This document shows positions 51,401 to 61,191 of a DNA stretch of 64,000 bases, in pieces. A program made the position numbers and the translations under genes. Source of the DNA: an uncultured Acidobacteriota bacterium (lineage in GTDB: Bacteria; Acidobacteriota; Thermoanaerobaculia; Multivoradales; UBA5704); the NCBI GenBank assembly GCA_963700145.1, contig OY969474.1, positions 832,001 through 896,000 of the forward strand. Direction: 5' to 3'. Below the pieces are notes generated by a model that was given only the letters and a program-made list of their open reading frames with translations, was not told the DNA's origin and did no database searches. Every line of letters starts with the position of its first letter. Positions within the stretch are counted from its first letter, which is position 1.

Positions 51401-53060
51401 CGGCCAGGTCGACGGCGTAGGCGCGGAAGGCGTAGCTCCGGCCGTAGCGGAGCCGCGGCAGCGTCCCGGGCTCGATCGCGGTGCGGCTGACCACCGGATT
51501 GACGGGGTCGGGGTCGGGCGGCGCCTCGTCGACCACTCGCTCCTCGCCGTCGACGTGGACGACGGTGCGTCCCGGCCGCGGCGCCGACAGCGACCAGCCG
51601 TCCCAGCCGGCCAGCACCTCGTGGGCGTTCTTGGGCGCCGCCGGCTGCTCGTCCGCCTGGGTCAGCGAGGCGCCCTGCAGGAACCCTTCGTCCGGGGCGT
51701 CGTCGAGGACCGCCGCGCCCTCCACCTCGACGTGCAGCCGCCGCAGGTGCAGCGAGTGCCAGTCGTCGCTGACGTCGTCCCAGACCTCGAGGCGCAGGCC
51801 GCGGCTGATCTGCTCCTGCAGCAGCTGGGCCGCGGTGCCGGAGAGGAGCGCGGCGTCCTTCGCCGCGGCGCCCTGGAGCCGGTCGTGGAGGACCTGCGCC
51901 CGGTCCTGGCGGGCAATGGCGAGGCCGGTGGCGCGCAGGCTGGGCGGCGCCGAGTTGACCCGGTCGCCGTTGTTCTCGATCGCCAAGAGGCGCGGCAGGT
52001 TGCGGACGTGCATCTCGAGCTTGAGGCCGGCGGCGTCGGGATCGAGGTCGAGCACCGTGAAGGTCTTCTCGTCGCCCAGGCGGAGCATGCCGTGCGTCCA
52101 CTCCGCCGAGGCGGCCTTGGCGGTGAAGGTCTGGCCGGAGACCTCGCAGGCGGTGCGCGGCTGCACGTTGATCGAGTTGGCGAGGTCGGGCACCACCAGG
52201 CCGGCCTGGATCCACACCAGGTCGGCGAGCTGCGCCACGTCGTCGACCCGCAGGTCGATCACCAGCCCGAGCCGCCGCAGCAGCGGCGAGAGGTCGCCGA
52301 GCATGCCGGCGCGCTCGTGGAAGTCGGGCTCCGGCTTGCGCACGGGAGGCGGGACCGTGCCGGGCGTCGGCCGCTCCTGGTAGGGGCGCTGCTCCTCGTC
52401 GCGCTGGTAGTAGCGGCGGGCGCGGTGCAGGTCGGCGACGAGCTGGAGCAGCGGCTGCCCCGTCGTCGACGTCGCGTCGGGGCCCAGGAAGCCGCCGTTG
52501 GTCAGGGCGTCGAGCCGCTTGGTGAGGTGCGCTTCGAAGGAATGCTTGTCGACGGGATGCTCGACGAGCTGGGCGACCGACAGCCGGTGCCCGATGTCGA
52601 CGCCCAGGGTGTTCAGCAGCGGCCGGGTGAGGGCGTTGCCGGCGACGGTGGGCGCGGCCACGGGGGAGGAGTACATCGACACCCCGTGGACGAAGAGGGC
52701 GTGCTGCTGCATCCGGTGGGCCGGGAAGGTGCGCCAGGGCACCGCCGTGTGGTCGGGCGTCTGCCAGGGCCGCACCGCCAGCTCCGGCGGGAAGACCCGC
52801 GGCCAGAGCTCGGGCTCCAGCTCGTCGAGGAGCGGCGTCACCGCGATCGTGACGTTCGTGTTGTTGCTCTTCCGGCCGCGCAGGGTGAGCTGCGCGCCCG
52901 CCAGCCGCGCCGTCCAGTCGACGATGCGGAGGAAGTCCGCCACCACCCCCTCGGCGCCGTCCGGGGTGAGCCGGTGGGTGACGAAGAGCGAGACGTGGAA
53001 CGGCTCGCCGGGGTCCGCCGAGTACGGCAGCGCGGTGACGAGGAAGGACTCGGTCGCCAT
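48483..53060 (-). CDS. Giant hypothetical protein (1525 aa) with Ig/Fn3-like motifs
   Basis: Long ORF with a globular-protein composition; YAFRAYAVDLAGN and YRVRATTRY resemble Fn3 strands; no signal peptide; starts 3 bp after the upstream gene. Confidence 0.75.
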   Translation of the reverse strand: MATESFLVTALPYSADPGEPFHVSLFVTHRLTPDGAEGVVADFLRIVDWTARLAGAQLTLRGRKSNNTNVTIAVTPLLDELEPELWPRVFPPELAVRPWQTPDHTAVPWRTFPAHRMQQHALFVHGVSMYSSPVAAPTVAGNALTRPLLNTLGVDIGHRLSVAQLVEHPVDKHSFEAHLTKRLDALTNGGFLGPDATSTTGQPLLQLVADLHRARRYYQRDEEQRPYQERPTPGTVPPPVRKPEPDFHERAGMLGDLSPLLRRLGLVIDLRVDDVAQLADLVWIQAGLVVPDLANSINVQPRTACEVSGQTFTAKAASAEWTHGMLRLGDEKTFTVLDLDPDAAGLKLEMHVRNLPRLLAIENNGDRVNSAPPSLRATGLAIARQDRAQVLHDRLQGAAAKDAALLSGTAAQLLQEQISRGLRLEVWDDVSDDWHSLHLRRLHVEVEGAAVLDDAPDEGFLQGASLTQADEQPAAPKNAHEVLAGWDGWSLSAPRPGRTVVHVDGEERVVDEAPPDPDPVNPVVSRTAIEPGTLPRLRYGRSYAFRAYAVDLAGNSRPHVVAGAPDGDSGGGPAIEESVTAFAATTLAAKPLEATVPAALESARVGLDVVRQEVRALRPPRAAGPIEGRGVPGLSLAEVEPTGVADVDRLVVSRVAARAARVRAAGPARRERIENAFDVAAAEAPHLLVRTDAQTPAPVFGRALATDLRTQRGFVGLALAEAVAQSGQTVTTPRPFLRWDPVIEPAIVPRHAFSEGESLQRLVIRSGVAGPAEEGGLEVTIVPPEVYVPATIAAHPTVDLAWGEDSQRHLAPPKTSQLEAELHGMFDAAIGSGSAAAVRAALAVALREAGTFFDTTVADLANPGQRLPQPGVTLHLSPTAEEPVHATPEELPRGEPPTPGQYVAHDVDELVVPYLPDPLAAGISLTFPDAGKDHRLTGLLAVEGTTLRYPGAWPEPRPYRLVLAAGDELGAVVDGTELRITVPPGEQLRMRLSSCLDRASLDLLGLWRSLPPVLRALNILAEAAADGWFWWLTPSVEMTLVHAVPKPVEVPRPTILVPIRANLDTAVTLFGGVDVHGPSTERIDVEGAWSEWVDDVAKPAPERVDVVAAACGTEIGYDEDLVVLAGTDSSVPLPDGGALRLHKAVHQMGDTKHRTVDYRVRATTRYREYFSPLVTPSVDDLSLVGPVRRLNVLSSARPPKAAVRDVLPLFLWDERTEPAQPFGLRRTRRSGVRIYLDRPWYATGDGELLGVLLASSDDAEVVKSTSQWASDPVWAQQGPAARAALPLSDVLHLTGLDDRRVPGRPVGPPAARSLVDIPGSPPVWVLGYEPEFSPARGLWFVDVAFDPRTAFWPFVRLAVARYQPDSNPGMHLSAVTVCDFAQLTPERTATLTRPDDRHVRVVVTGPVGVPKTFLPSLIFSPPFVAHVQASRTVRARLERRVAAVGTDLGWQAVAQVDLPILGIDGTVVSWAGQIELPQALAPRRPGENADWRVVVEEWERLPADPSPTGGFQVESRICYADHLPL

Positions 53061-53063
53061 GGC

Positions 53064-56000
53064 TCAGGCCGCCGCGAAGGCGGCGCAGTAGGCGTCCCAC
53101 GCCGGTGCGCTGCCGTCAGGTTGGACGTCGAGGATCTCGGCAAACGTCGGGTCGCCGTTGGAGCCGGCGAGCCGGCGCTCGCAGGAGACGCTGACCGAGA
53201 AGGAGAAGAAGAAGATCTCGACCTCGATCTCGATCGAGGCGCGGCCGACCAGCTTGCCGGTGTCGAACTCGTAGGTCAGCGACAGCTCGAGCGTGATGGA
53301 GGCGGAGATCAGCCCCAAGACGTCGACCTCGCCGCGGATGCGGAAGTAGCCGGTGAGCGACCCCTTGTCGACCTCCAGGCGCAGGTAGATGCCGACCATG
53401 ATCGAGACGGAGCCGGAAGCGACGCCCAGGTTGATGGAGAGCGAGGCGCCGGCTTCGAGGGCCATCTCGAGGAGCACCAGCCCCTTGGGGGAGAGCCGGA
53501 TGCCGACGAAGCCGCCGCCGCCGATCATCATCACGGTCAGGCGGAACGGCTTCTCGCGGGTGCAGAAGAAGAAGCCGACGGTCACCGCCTCGCCCAGGAA
53601 CGGCACCCGCGCGTCGGCCCCCAGGCTGATGTTCTCCAGGCTGAAGACCCCGACCGAGACGTTGGGCAGCGCGATGTCGAAGCCGGCCGTCACGCCCTCC
53701 GGGCCGACGTCGACGTACGGCGGGTCGGCGAAGCCGTCGAAGGGGATCAGGTCCTTGAGGGTCTCGATGAAGGAGAGGACGCCGACGAACTCGATGCCGC
53801 GGAAGACGACGTCCACCTCGGGCTTGCGGCCGCTGGCGGCGCGGAAGGCCAGCCGGTCGAAGGCCAGCCGCAGCAGCGGCGCGCCGGGGAAGAGGTTGAG
53901 GGAGAACTCGCGCAGCTCGGCGAGGACGTCGGCGCCGACGCCGCCCGAGCCCGAGGCGCGCGCCTCGACCGACAGCAGCAGGCCGTCCGGGCGCACGACG
54001 AACAGCGCGTTGGCGTCCGGGCCCTTGGGGAAGTTGGTGAGCGCCGGCCGCCAGTCGAAGCGGGCGCGCACGCTCAGGCCCTCGGGGTCGAGGCCGTTGA
54101 CGAACGCCGTGATCGTCTCGATGGTCTCGGCGATGGCGGCCGCGTCGCGGATCGGCCCGAGGCCGTTGACCAGCCGCTCCAGCTCCGCCTTGACCGGCGG
54201 CGGCAGCGGCTGCTCGCGGACCACGGCGCCCAGCTCGTTCACCAGGTCGGCCAGGTCGTCCAGCACGCCGGAGACGGCGGCGGTGACGTCGGCCGGCGTG
54301 CTCGGCGTGTCGAGGGCGAGCAGGTCCCCCACCGCATCCACCAGCGCGGCGACGCGGGTCTGCAGCTGGCCGCGCACCGCCTCCAGCCGCGCCCGCGCCG
54401 CCTCTGCCTGGTCGCGCAAGGCGGTGGTGGCCGCCGCGGCGGCGTCCTCCGCCAGCCGCGCAGCGCTGCGCTGGACGGCGGCCTGCAGCGCCTCGAGGTC
54501 GGCGAGCAGGCCGGCGACGACGTCGAGCTGCTCGGTCAGGAACGCCGGCGCGCGGTCCAGCCCGAGCACGGCGAGGATGTCGGTGAGGTCGAAGAGCCCG
54601 AAGAGCTTCGGCAGCACCCCGGCGAGGAACTTCGTCGGATTGAACCGCTCCGCCGGCGGCTTGTTGACCAGGTCGTCGAGGTCGCCGACGGCGCCGAGCG
54701 CCCGGGAGAGGCCGCGCACCGGCAGGTCCGGCTGGATGAAGCCGCCGGAGCGGTCGGTGCCGCCGCCGAACGAGATCGTCGCCGCAGTCTTGAGGGCGAG
54801 GAAGACCTGCGGCTCGGCGTTCTTGCCGGTGAAGCCCAAGTCGAGGTAGGGCTGGGCGTAGCGAACGGTCGTCGTCGGCGACGCCGGGGCCAGGTGGCGC
54901 ATCGCGGGCACCACGACGTCGGCCTCGTCGAGCTCCGGCGTCGAGGTCAGCTCGCCCGGCTTGCCCGCCGTGCCGGTGAAGCGCAAGGCCACCGTCTCCA
55001 GGGCGGCGTCGCCCGGCTTGGCGCTCAGGGCGTAGGCGACGGACTGGCCGTTGCCGGAGATGGGGCGGTCGGGATCGTTGACGTACGCCAGGCGGACCTT
55101 GTTCCGCTCCGCGGCGTTCTTGCCGAGATGGGCGGCCACGAAGAGGAGCGGGGCCTGCAGGCGCACCCGCCGGCCGTCGTGATCGATGCAGTCGAGGGTG
55201 AAGCGGAATTTGGCCGACCCCTCGACGACGGGCCAGAAGATCTCGTCCCCCTGCACCACCTGCGGCGTCCCCGGCGCCAGGGGGTCGCGGATGTCCGGCG
55301 TCACCAGCGGCCGGATGCGGATCTCGCGGAACGGCATGCGGCGGTCCTCGAACGTCTTGACCGGCTCGCTGACGACCAGGAACTTGCGCTGGTAGAGGTA
55401 GGCCTTCGGGCCTGCCGGCTCCTTGATCTTGCGCTCGGTCACCTTGACCAGCGCGCAGCGGTGGCCGAAGCAGAAGAAGTAGCCCGGGTAGACCACGCGG
55501 ACGAACTGGTCGCGCCCCATCGGGGCTTCGTGGTCCCAGGAGATGATGCTCGGCAGCGCTTCGGTCGCGTAGGGCTCGATGTCCCAACTGCCGTGCAGGT
55601 CGAGCCAGGCGCCGAGGGCCGAGAGGTACAGCCGCTCCGCCTCGACCGGCAGCGGCACCGCGATCTCCGGGTCGGCGCTCTGGCGCACCAGGATGACGCG
55701 GTCGAGGCCGTCGAGGGACATGCGGAACGGCAGCAGGTTGTGCGCGGCCGGCTCGACGCCTTCCTTGTCCCGCGCCCAGATCGCGCGCACCGCCCGCTGC
55801 GGGTCGGCGCGCTCGTCGACGGTGACCTCGTCGTCCTTGACCCGCCGGACGCCCAGCCGGCTGTGCCACAGCTCGACCCGCTCGACGTCCGCCGGCGCGG
55901 CCTGCGGCGTCGTGGCGTGCGCGAACCCGCCCCGCGCGCTCGGCGAGAGGATCAGCCGGTACGGCGCCTCGATGGCGGTCTCGTCGGCGCGCGGCACGCG

Positions 56001-56924
56001 GGGGCGTAGGAGCCGCGGCCGGAGGCGGTCGGCCGGCCCCACCAGCAGGTCGCCCAGGCCGCCGGCGATGTCGCTGCGGCTGAGGTTGACGGCGCTCTCG
56101 CGGGCGAGGAGCTGCCGCGCGGCGCGCAGGGCGGACGCGGCGGCCAGCACGGTCCCGACCGACGCTTCCCCCTGGCGCGCGCGTCGGCCCCGCACGTCGC
56201 GCAGCACCAGGCCCGCGGCCGACCGCGCCAGCTCCAGGCCGCCGGGCAGCGTGACGATGACCAGGTCGCCTCCCCCGCCGAACGGGCCGCGGGACGCCGG
56301 GCGCGGCGTGGCGAGCGGGGCGACGAGCAGCGGCAGCCGCGACATGGCGGCGAGCACGCCCGCGCTGCTGAAGCCGATCCGCTCCCTCGCCGGCACCGCG
56401 TACACCAGCCGGGAGCCGCGGGCGGCCAGGACGTCGATCGGCGGCGGCTCCGGGGGCTCGTTGCCGGCATCGTCCGGGACCGCGCTCGGCGGCGGCGACG
56501 CCCCCGGCGCCGGCGCACTCGGCGGCAAGGTGGTCGGAGGAACCTTCTGGTTGTTCTCGAGGGCGTAGAAGGCTTCCTCGCCCAGGTGCTGGAACGGCAG
56601 CCGCACCTCCAGCCGGGCGTTGCTGCCCTGCGGCACCAGCTCGGGGCCGTCCGCGCCGTCGGCCATCTCCAGGCCCCACCCGAGGACGTCGAGGACGACG
56701 AGGTCGAGCGGGCGCAACACCCGGAACGCGTGCGAGGGACGGGGACCGCTCGGGGCGGCGAGGTCGCCGAACCCCGGCGCGAGGCCGGCGACGCCGGCAA
56801 GGCTCAGGTGGGGCGCGACCGCGAGGCGGAGGGGGTCGCCGTCGAACCGGACGAGCGCGACGTTCGCCTGCCGGCGGCTGCGGCGGCGGGGACTGCCACG
56901 GCGGGGAGGGTGTCTTGCGCTCAC
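53064..56924 (-). CDS. Giant hypothetical protein (1286 aa) with helical insert and amphipathic beta-rich C-terminus
   Basis: Long ORF; Ala/Leu heptad-like segment; the last ~300 aa alternate hydrophobic and polar residues (GSVSIMVGIYL, ASITLELSLTY, IEIEVEIFFFSFSVSV). Confidence 0.75.
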   Translation of the reverse strand: MSARHPPRRGSPRRRSRRQANVALVRFDGDPLRLAVAPHLSLAGVAGLAPGFGDLAAPSGPRPSHAFRVLRPLDLVVLDVLGWGLEMADGADGPELVPQGSNARLEVRLPFQHLGEEAFYALENNQKVPPTTLPPSAPAPGASPPPSAVPDDAGNEPPEPPPIDVLAARGSRLVYAVPARERIGFSSAGVLAAMSRLPLLVAPLATPRPASRGPFGGGGDLVIVTLPGGLELARSAAGLVLRDVRGRRARQGEASVGTVLAAASALRAARQLLARESAVNLSRSDIAGGLGDLLVGPADRLRPRLLRPRVPRADETAIEAPYRLILSPSARGGFAHATTPQAAPADVERVELWHSRLGVRRVKDDEVTVDERADPQRAVRAIWARDKEGVEPAAHNLLPFRMSLDGLDRVILVRQSADPEIAVPLPVEAERLYLSALGAWLDLHGSWDIEPYATEALPSIISWDHEAPMGRDQFVRVVYPGYFFCFGHRCALVKVTERKIKEPAGPKAYLYQRKFLVVSEPVKTFEDRRMPFREIRIRPLVTPDIRDPLAPGTPQVVQGDEIFWPVVEGSAKFRFTLDCIDHDGRRVRLQAPLLFVAAHLGKNAAERNKVRLAYVNDPDRPISGNGQSVAYALSAKPGDAALETVALRFTGTAGKPGELTSTPELDEADVVVPAMRHLAPASPTTTVRYAQPYLDLGFTGKNAEPQVFLALKTAATISFGGGTDRSGGFIQPDLPVRGLSRALGAVGDLDDLVNKPPAERFNPTKFLAGVLPKLFGLFDLTDILAVLGLDRAPAFLTEQLDVVAGLLADLEALQAAVQRSAARLAEDAAAAATTALRDQAEAARARLEAVRGQLQTRVAALVDAVGDLLALDTPSTPADVTAAVSGVLDDLADLVNELGAVVREQPLPPPVKAELERLVNGLGPIRDAAAIAETIETITAFVNGLDPEGLSVRARFDWRPALTNFPKGPDANALFVVRPDGLLLSVEARASGSGGVGADVLAELREFSLNLFPGAPLLRLAFDRLAFRAASGRKPEVDVVFRGIEFVGVLSFIETLKDLIPFDGFADPPYVDVGPEGVTAGFDIALPNVSVGVFSLENISLGADARVPFLGEAVTVGFFFCTREKPFRLTVMMIGGGGFVGIRLSPKGLVLLEMALEAGASLSINLGVASGSVSIMVGIYLRLEVDKGSLTGYFRIRGEVDVLGLISASITLELSLTYEFDTGKLVGRASIEIEVEIFFFSFSVSVSCERRLAGSNGDPTFAEILDVQPDGSAPAWDAYCAAFAAA

Positions 56925-57008
56925 GGCCTCGGACCGTGCGGCGGCTACGAGCCGACGCTACTGCCGTACTGGCGCCAGGGTCAAGACTTCGTTACGAGGG
57001 TGCTGCAG

Positions 57009-57042
57009 GAGTGGGCCGCCCGCTCGCGCCGGCGGCCCACTC
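57009..57042 (-). terminator. GC-rich hairpin after the 57060 gene
   Basis: GAGTGGGCCGCC / GGCGGCCCACTC 12-bp stem; no clear U-tract. Confidence 0.4.
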
Positions 57043-57059
57043 GACAGCGTGCACGTTGC

Positions 57060-60000
57060 CTACCGGAGGACGAACCTCGCGCTCACCTCCCGGCCGTCCG
57101 GAAGCTCGAGCGTGACGACCCAGTCACCGGCCGACAGGGCGCTCGTGTCCAGGTTGTAGATCCACTGCCCCGCGGATGCGCGGAAGGCGAGGCCGCCGCC
57201 GTTCGAGCTCCCGGCGTCGAGGTCGAGCCCCTCGAGACCGATCGGCGCGCCGTTGACCGCCAGACCGGCGATGACCGGCGCCGCGACGTCCTCGCCGCCG
57301 AGCGGCGTGCCGCCGCACGAGAGCTGGAGCTTGAGCGGGATGGTGCTGCCCTGCCGGAAGTCGTGCCCCGGCAGCGGCGGCACCTGCCCCGCCGGCACCA
57401 GCGCGGCCAACGGCGGCAGCAGACCCGCGAGCCCCACCGCGACGGTGACCTCCACGGTGTCCGGATCGGACTCGAGCTCCCCGTCGCTCACCACCAGCGC
57501 GATGCTGGAGCTGCCCAGGGGGAGGGACACGGCCGGAGCCACGCCCGTCGCCGTGCCGCCGCCCTCGGGGAACGGCCCGGTCCAGGCGTAGGTGAGGGGC
57601 TGGCCTTCGGGATCGAACGAGCCGGAGCCGTCGAGGGTGACCGGCGTGAGCCCGGCGCCGGCGCAGGCGACGGTCTGGTCGGCGCCGGCATCGGCCACCG
57701 GCGGCAAATTGCTGATCGCGCAGGGGCTGTCGATGAAGAACCGGTCGTCGTGCACGTCCGCCTGGCCGGCGGCGTCGAAGATCCGGGCGACGAGGTGGAA
57801 GAACCCGGAGCCCGGGACCATGAACTTGAACGGCAGCCGGTCGAGGGCGACCGGGGTCCAGGTGGCGGCGCCGTCCAGGCTGTACTCGACGCGCTCGAGC
57901 CCGGCCAGGTCGGAACCCGCCTGGGCGTCGATCGTCACCTGGACGCAGGTGGTGGGCAGCTCGTCGAGCTTGCGCACGGTGAGCTGGAGGGACGGCGGCG
58001 CCTCGGCGACGACGATCGCGACCGAGCTGGCGCCGGCGTTGCCCTGGCCGTCGGCGGCCTCGACCGTCAAGGTGTGCCGGCCCGTCGAGAGCGAGGTGAG
58101 CGGCAGGCTCGCTCCGCTGCCCAACGCGCCGTCGAGGCTGGAGGTCCAGCGGACCGCGTCGCCGTCGAGGATGCCGTCGTCGACGTCGTAGGCGTGGACG
58201 CGCATCCAGACGAGGTCGCCGCGGCGGAAGATCTCGCCGGCGGACGGGCCGATGATCTGCACCGTGGGGAGCTTGCGCGAGACGCCGAAGGCCGGGGACA
58301 CGGCGCTGCCGCTGTTGGCGCCGTCGGAGGCGGTCACTCGCACGAGCGCGCCCGCGCCGCCGGGGACCTGGTCGAAGTCGACGACCAGGAACGGCTCACC
58401 CTCGGTCTCGCCCAGGCGCGACCAGGTCTCGCCGCCGTCCGTGGAGTAGTCGACCGCGCTCCAGTGGCGGCTGCTGTCCGGGTCGGCGATCGTCCAGGTC
58501 AGCTCCTGAATCCCGGCGAGGCTGGCGCCGGCGGTCGGGAAGGTGATCGCCACCTGCGGCGACGCGCCCGCGAGGGCGACCGAGCCGAGCTCGGCGCCGC
58601 TCGGGCCCAGGACGACGAGCGCGGCGGCGCCGGCCTGCACCGGCACCAGCTCGAAGAACACCGGGTCGCCCTCCGCCTCGCCGGCGACGCTCTCGGATGA
58701 CGGCACGGTCGGGACGAAGCGGCGGGTGAAGAGCACCTGGCCGCCGAGCCCGCGCACCTCGATCCGGTGCTCGCCCTCCCCCTCGTCCGTCGAGCCCAGG
58801 GCCTCGACGCGGTAGACCGGGCCGAGGAGGAGCCCGAGCTGCGCGTCGAGCGCGCCGCCGACGGTCCAGAAGTCGCCCTCGACCGCCGACACTGCGGCCG
58901 CGAACCCGAAGTCGGCGTCGAGGTTGGGCATGGCGCGGGTGTAGGTATGGCCGGAGACCCACCGCGGCGTGCAGTAGCTCATCCAGTCATAGCGGTCGTC
59001 GCCGAGGACGATGCTGCGGTTCGCGACGTCGAAGCCCACCTCGATGCCGTTGGCGGAGCGCAGACGGTTGTCGGCGAACGGCCAGTCGGTGCCGCCGTCG
59101 ACGGCGATGTTGTAGCAGCCGGGCGCCGCCGCGGTCCGTGGGACGTCGGTGTTGGTGTGCTGCCGGCCGAGCATGTGCCCGGTCTCGTGGGCGACGGTCT
59201 CGAAGTTGACCTCGTTGCCGTGGCGGACGGTGCTGGTGCGGCTCATCGCGCCGCGGCTCGGAATGCCGTCGGCGATGCCGCCGATGCCGCCGGGCGCCTG
59301 GTCGCGGACCATCCCGTAGTAGTGCCGCTTGGTCCCGAAGAGGTCGCGGAAGCGGTCGAAGAGACCGAAGAGGTCGCCGATGCGGGCCACCGTGTCCACC
59401 CACCAGTCCGTGGCTTCGTTGGCGTCGAAGGCGCCGTTGCCGTCGCGGTCGTAGGGCGCCTGGTCGCGGCGCACGAAGCTGTTGGAGACCGACACCGACA
59501 CGTCGTCGGTCGGCGCGGTGCGGCGCAGGAAGTCGATCATGCCGCCCAGTGCCGCCGCCGGCGCGCACTGCCACACCCGGCGGTTCGGCGCCACCTGGAG
59601 GCGCTCGTTGCAGACCGAGACCGCGCGCAAGGAGAGCGCGTCGGCGTCGCGGCTGCGCAGCGGCAGCTCGTGCTTCTGCAGCTCCTGGTCCTGGTCGGTG
59701 AGCAGGCGGATCGTGGCGTCCCAGTTGCCGCCGCCGGGCCGGAAGTAGAAGTCGAGCGACTGGCAGCCGTTCTCGAGCCGGCGCTGCTGCACCGGCGTGC
59801 AGTTCGGCTGCAGCCGGATCTGGCGGGTCTGCTGGTTGCCGTCCAGGGTGGCTTCGACTTTCACCGTGATCGCGCTCTGGACCTCGTCGAAGTAGACGCG
59901 CAGCACCGCGGGCTTGTCCTCGATGAGCGGGACCGGCGGCTCGCGGTCGCCCTGCAGGTCGGCCTTGAGGTCGTCGATCTTCTGGAAGTCCTGGATGGCC

Positions 60001-60677
60001 TGGCTGAGCTCGACGGCGTGGATCGTGATCTTGCGGCAGACCTTGAGGTCGTCGATCCCGGTCTGGTTGACGTTGCCGCTGACCCGGACCCGCCGGATCA
60101 CGTTCTGGTCCGTGCGGACGAACAGCGGGTCCCACTTGTTGAAGGTGCCGTTCGGATCGCCGCCCGGCCCCTGGTTGAAGTTCGGCGCGCCGGTGGCCGA
60201 GGCGACCTGGTTGTTGCCGGTGTCGAACGCCTGCATCGTGACGGTGACGAACGAGGAGTAGCGGAACTCGACGCGCGAAGTCGCGTCGGCGATCACGATG
60301 TCGCGCGCGCCGGGGGCGCCGCCCAGCCAGAAGGCGATGGTCTGAGGAGACGGCTCGAAGGCGAAGTTCCCCGTGCCGCCGGCGTCGGCGTCGATGATGC
60401 CGAGCCAGCCGGGCGAGGTGATGCCGTCGAACGCCGGGATGGCGGCGAGGTCGCCCACGCCCTCGAAGTCGATCGTCGTGCAGACCTGACCGTCCTCGAC
60501 GGTCTGCTGCTGGCTGTGGACCGAGCGCAGGCCGGGGGCGCGACTGGACGGCGCCGTCTGGCTCTGCACCGTCGCGGTGCCCGAGTAGAGCAAGGTCGCG
60601 GGATCGGTCTGGGCGAAAGCGGCGTCCATCGGGAGGGAAACGACGAAGAGACAGAGCAACGACCTCTTCAGGTGCAT
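57060..60677 (-). CDS. Secreted multidomain zinc metalloprotease (M66-like) with Ig/PKD-like and PxKF-like C-terminal domains
   Basis: Signal peptide; HETGHMLGRQH and a DWMSY Met-turn; PPVADAGADQ...LDGSGSFDPEG..LTYAW; TIPLKLQL...YNLDT; AGGAG RBS before ATG 60677. Confidence 0.75.
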   Translation of the reverse strand: MHLKRSLLCLFVVSLPMDAAFAQTDPATLLYSGTATVQSQTAPSSRAPGLRSVHSQQQTVEDGQVCTTIDFEGVGDLAAIPAFDGITSPGWLGIIDADAGGTGNFAFEPSPQTIAFWLGGAPGARDIVIADATSRVEFRYSSFVTVTMQAFDTGNNQVASATGAPNFNQGPGGDPNGTFNKWDPLFVRTDQNVIRRVRVSGNVNQTGIDDLKVCRKITIHAVELSQAIQDFQKIDDLKADLQGDREPPVPLIEDKPAVLRVYFDEVQSAITVKVEATLDGNQQTRQIRLQPNCTPVQQRRLENGCQSLDFYFRPGGGNWDATIRLLTDQDQELQKHELPLRSRDADALSLRAVSVCNERLQVAPNRRVWQCAPAAALGGMIDFLRRTAPTDDVSVSVSNSFVRRDQAPYDRDGNGAFDANEATDWWVDTVARIGDLFGLFDRFRDLFGTKRHYYGMVRDQAPGGIGGIADGIPSRGAMSRTSTVRHGNEVNFETVAHETGHMLGRQHTNTDVPRTAAAPGCYNIAVDGGTDWPFADNRLRSANGIEVGFDVANRSIVLGDDRYDWMSYCTPRWVSGHTYTRAMPNLDADFGFAAAVSAVEGDFWTVGGALDAQLGLLLGPVYRVEALGSTDEGEGEHRIEVRGLGGQVLFTRRFVPTVPSSESVAGEAEGDPVFFELVPVQAGAAALVVLGPSGAELGSVALAGASPQVAITFPTAGASLAGIQELTWTIADPDSSRHWSAVDYSTDGGETWSRLGETEGEPFLVVDFDQVPGGAGALVRVTASDGANSGSAVSPAFGVSRKLPTVQIIGPSAGEIFRRGDLVWMRVHAYDVDDGILDGDAVRWTSSLDGALGSGASLPLTSLSTGRHTLTVEAADGQGNAGASSVAIVVAEAPPSLQLTVRKLDELPTTCVQVTIDAQAGSDLAGLERVEYSLDGAATWTPVALDRLPFKFMVPGSGFFHLVARIFDAAGQADVHDDRFFIDSPCAISNLPPVADAGADQTVACAGAGLTPVTLDGSGSFDPEGQPLTYAWTGPFPEGGGTATGVAPAVSLPLGSSSIALVVSDGELESDPDTVEVTVAVGLAGLLPPLAALVPAGQVPPLPGHDFRQGSTIPLKLQLSCGGTPLGGEDVAAPVIAGLAVNGAPIGLEGLDLDAGSSNGGGLAFRASAGQWIYNLDTSALSAGDWVVTLELPDGREVSARFVLR

Positions 60678-60788
60678 ACGCACTCCTGCCTTGGAGAGAA
60701 ACGGCGATTTGTTTGACTGCAGTTTAAGCGTACTGCCAAACGGCCGGATGGGTCAACGGCTGCTGAACTACGGTAAGGTTACAGGACC

Positions 60789-61178
60789 GTGAAAACGCCG
60801 AGATGGTTGGCCGGCTGGATGGCGCTGGCGCTCGCCGGGATGGCGTGCGGCCCGGGCGCCGCCGCGCGAGGCGAGGCCGGCGTCCTGGAGATCAACGCGG
60901 ACGGAACGGCGCGGGCCGTGGGCGTCGTGATCGAGAACGATCGCGGCTGTGAGGTGGATGCGGTCTGCCGTCTGGTCGTCGACGCCGGCGGGCGCCGGAT
61001 CGCGGTCGTCTATCACGAAGGCGAGGCGGTCCCTTGCGTCAACCGCGAGGCCGTGCGCCGGGGCTTGGCTCTGAGCTCGGGAGACCGCGTGGAAGCCTAC
61101 GGCGCGTACGCGGGAGGCGGACCGACGATCTCGACCTGCCCTTCCGAGAGCTATTACCTCCGCCTGGTCGCCGAGTAA
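60789..61178 (+). CDS. Putative lipoprotein, possible OB-like fold
   Basis: Hydrophobic N-terminus with lipobox-like LAGMAC; 4 further Cys; GDRVEAYG. Confidence 0.55.
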   Translation: MKTPRWLAGWMALALAGMACGPGAAARGEAGVLEINADGTARAVGVVIENDRGCEVDAVCRLVVDAGGRRIAVVYHEGEAVPCVNREAVRRGLALSSGDRVEAYGAYAGGGPTISTCPSESYYLRLVAE

Positions 61179-61191
61179 CCGCTTCCGGCTG

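Noticed and set aside
49185-56009. 2274-aa plus-strand ORF and other very long antisense or alternate-frame ORFs throughout the window
   Set aside because: Shadow ORFs of GC-rich coding sequence: low-complexity Arg/Gly/Ala/His-rich translations with no motifs, fully overlapping better-supported genes.
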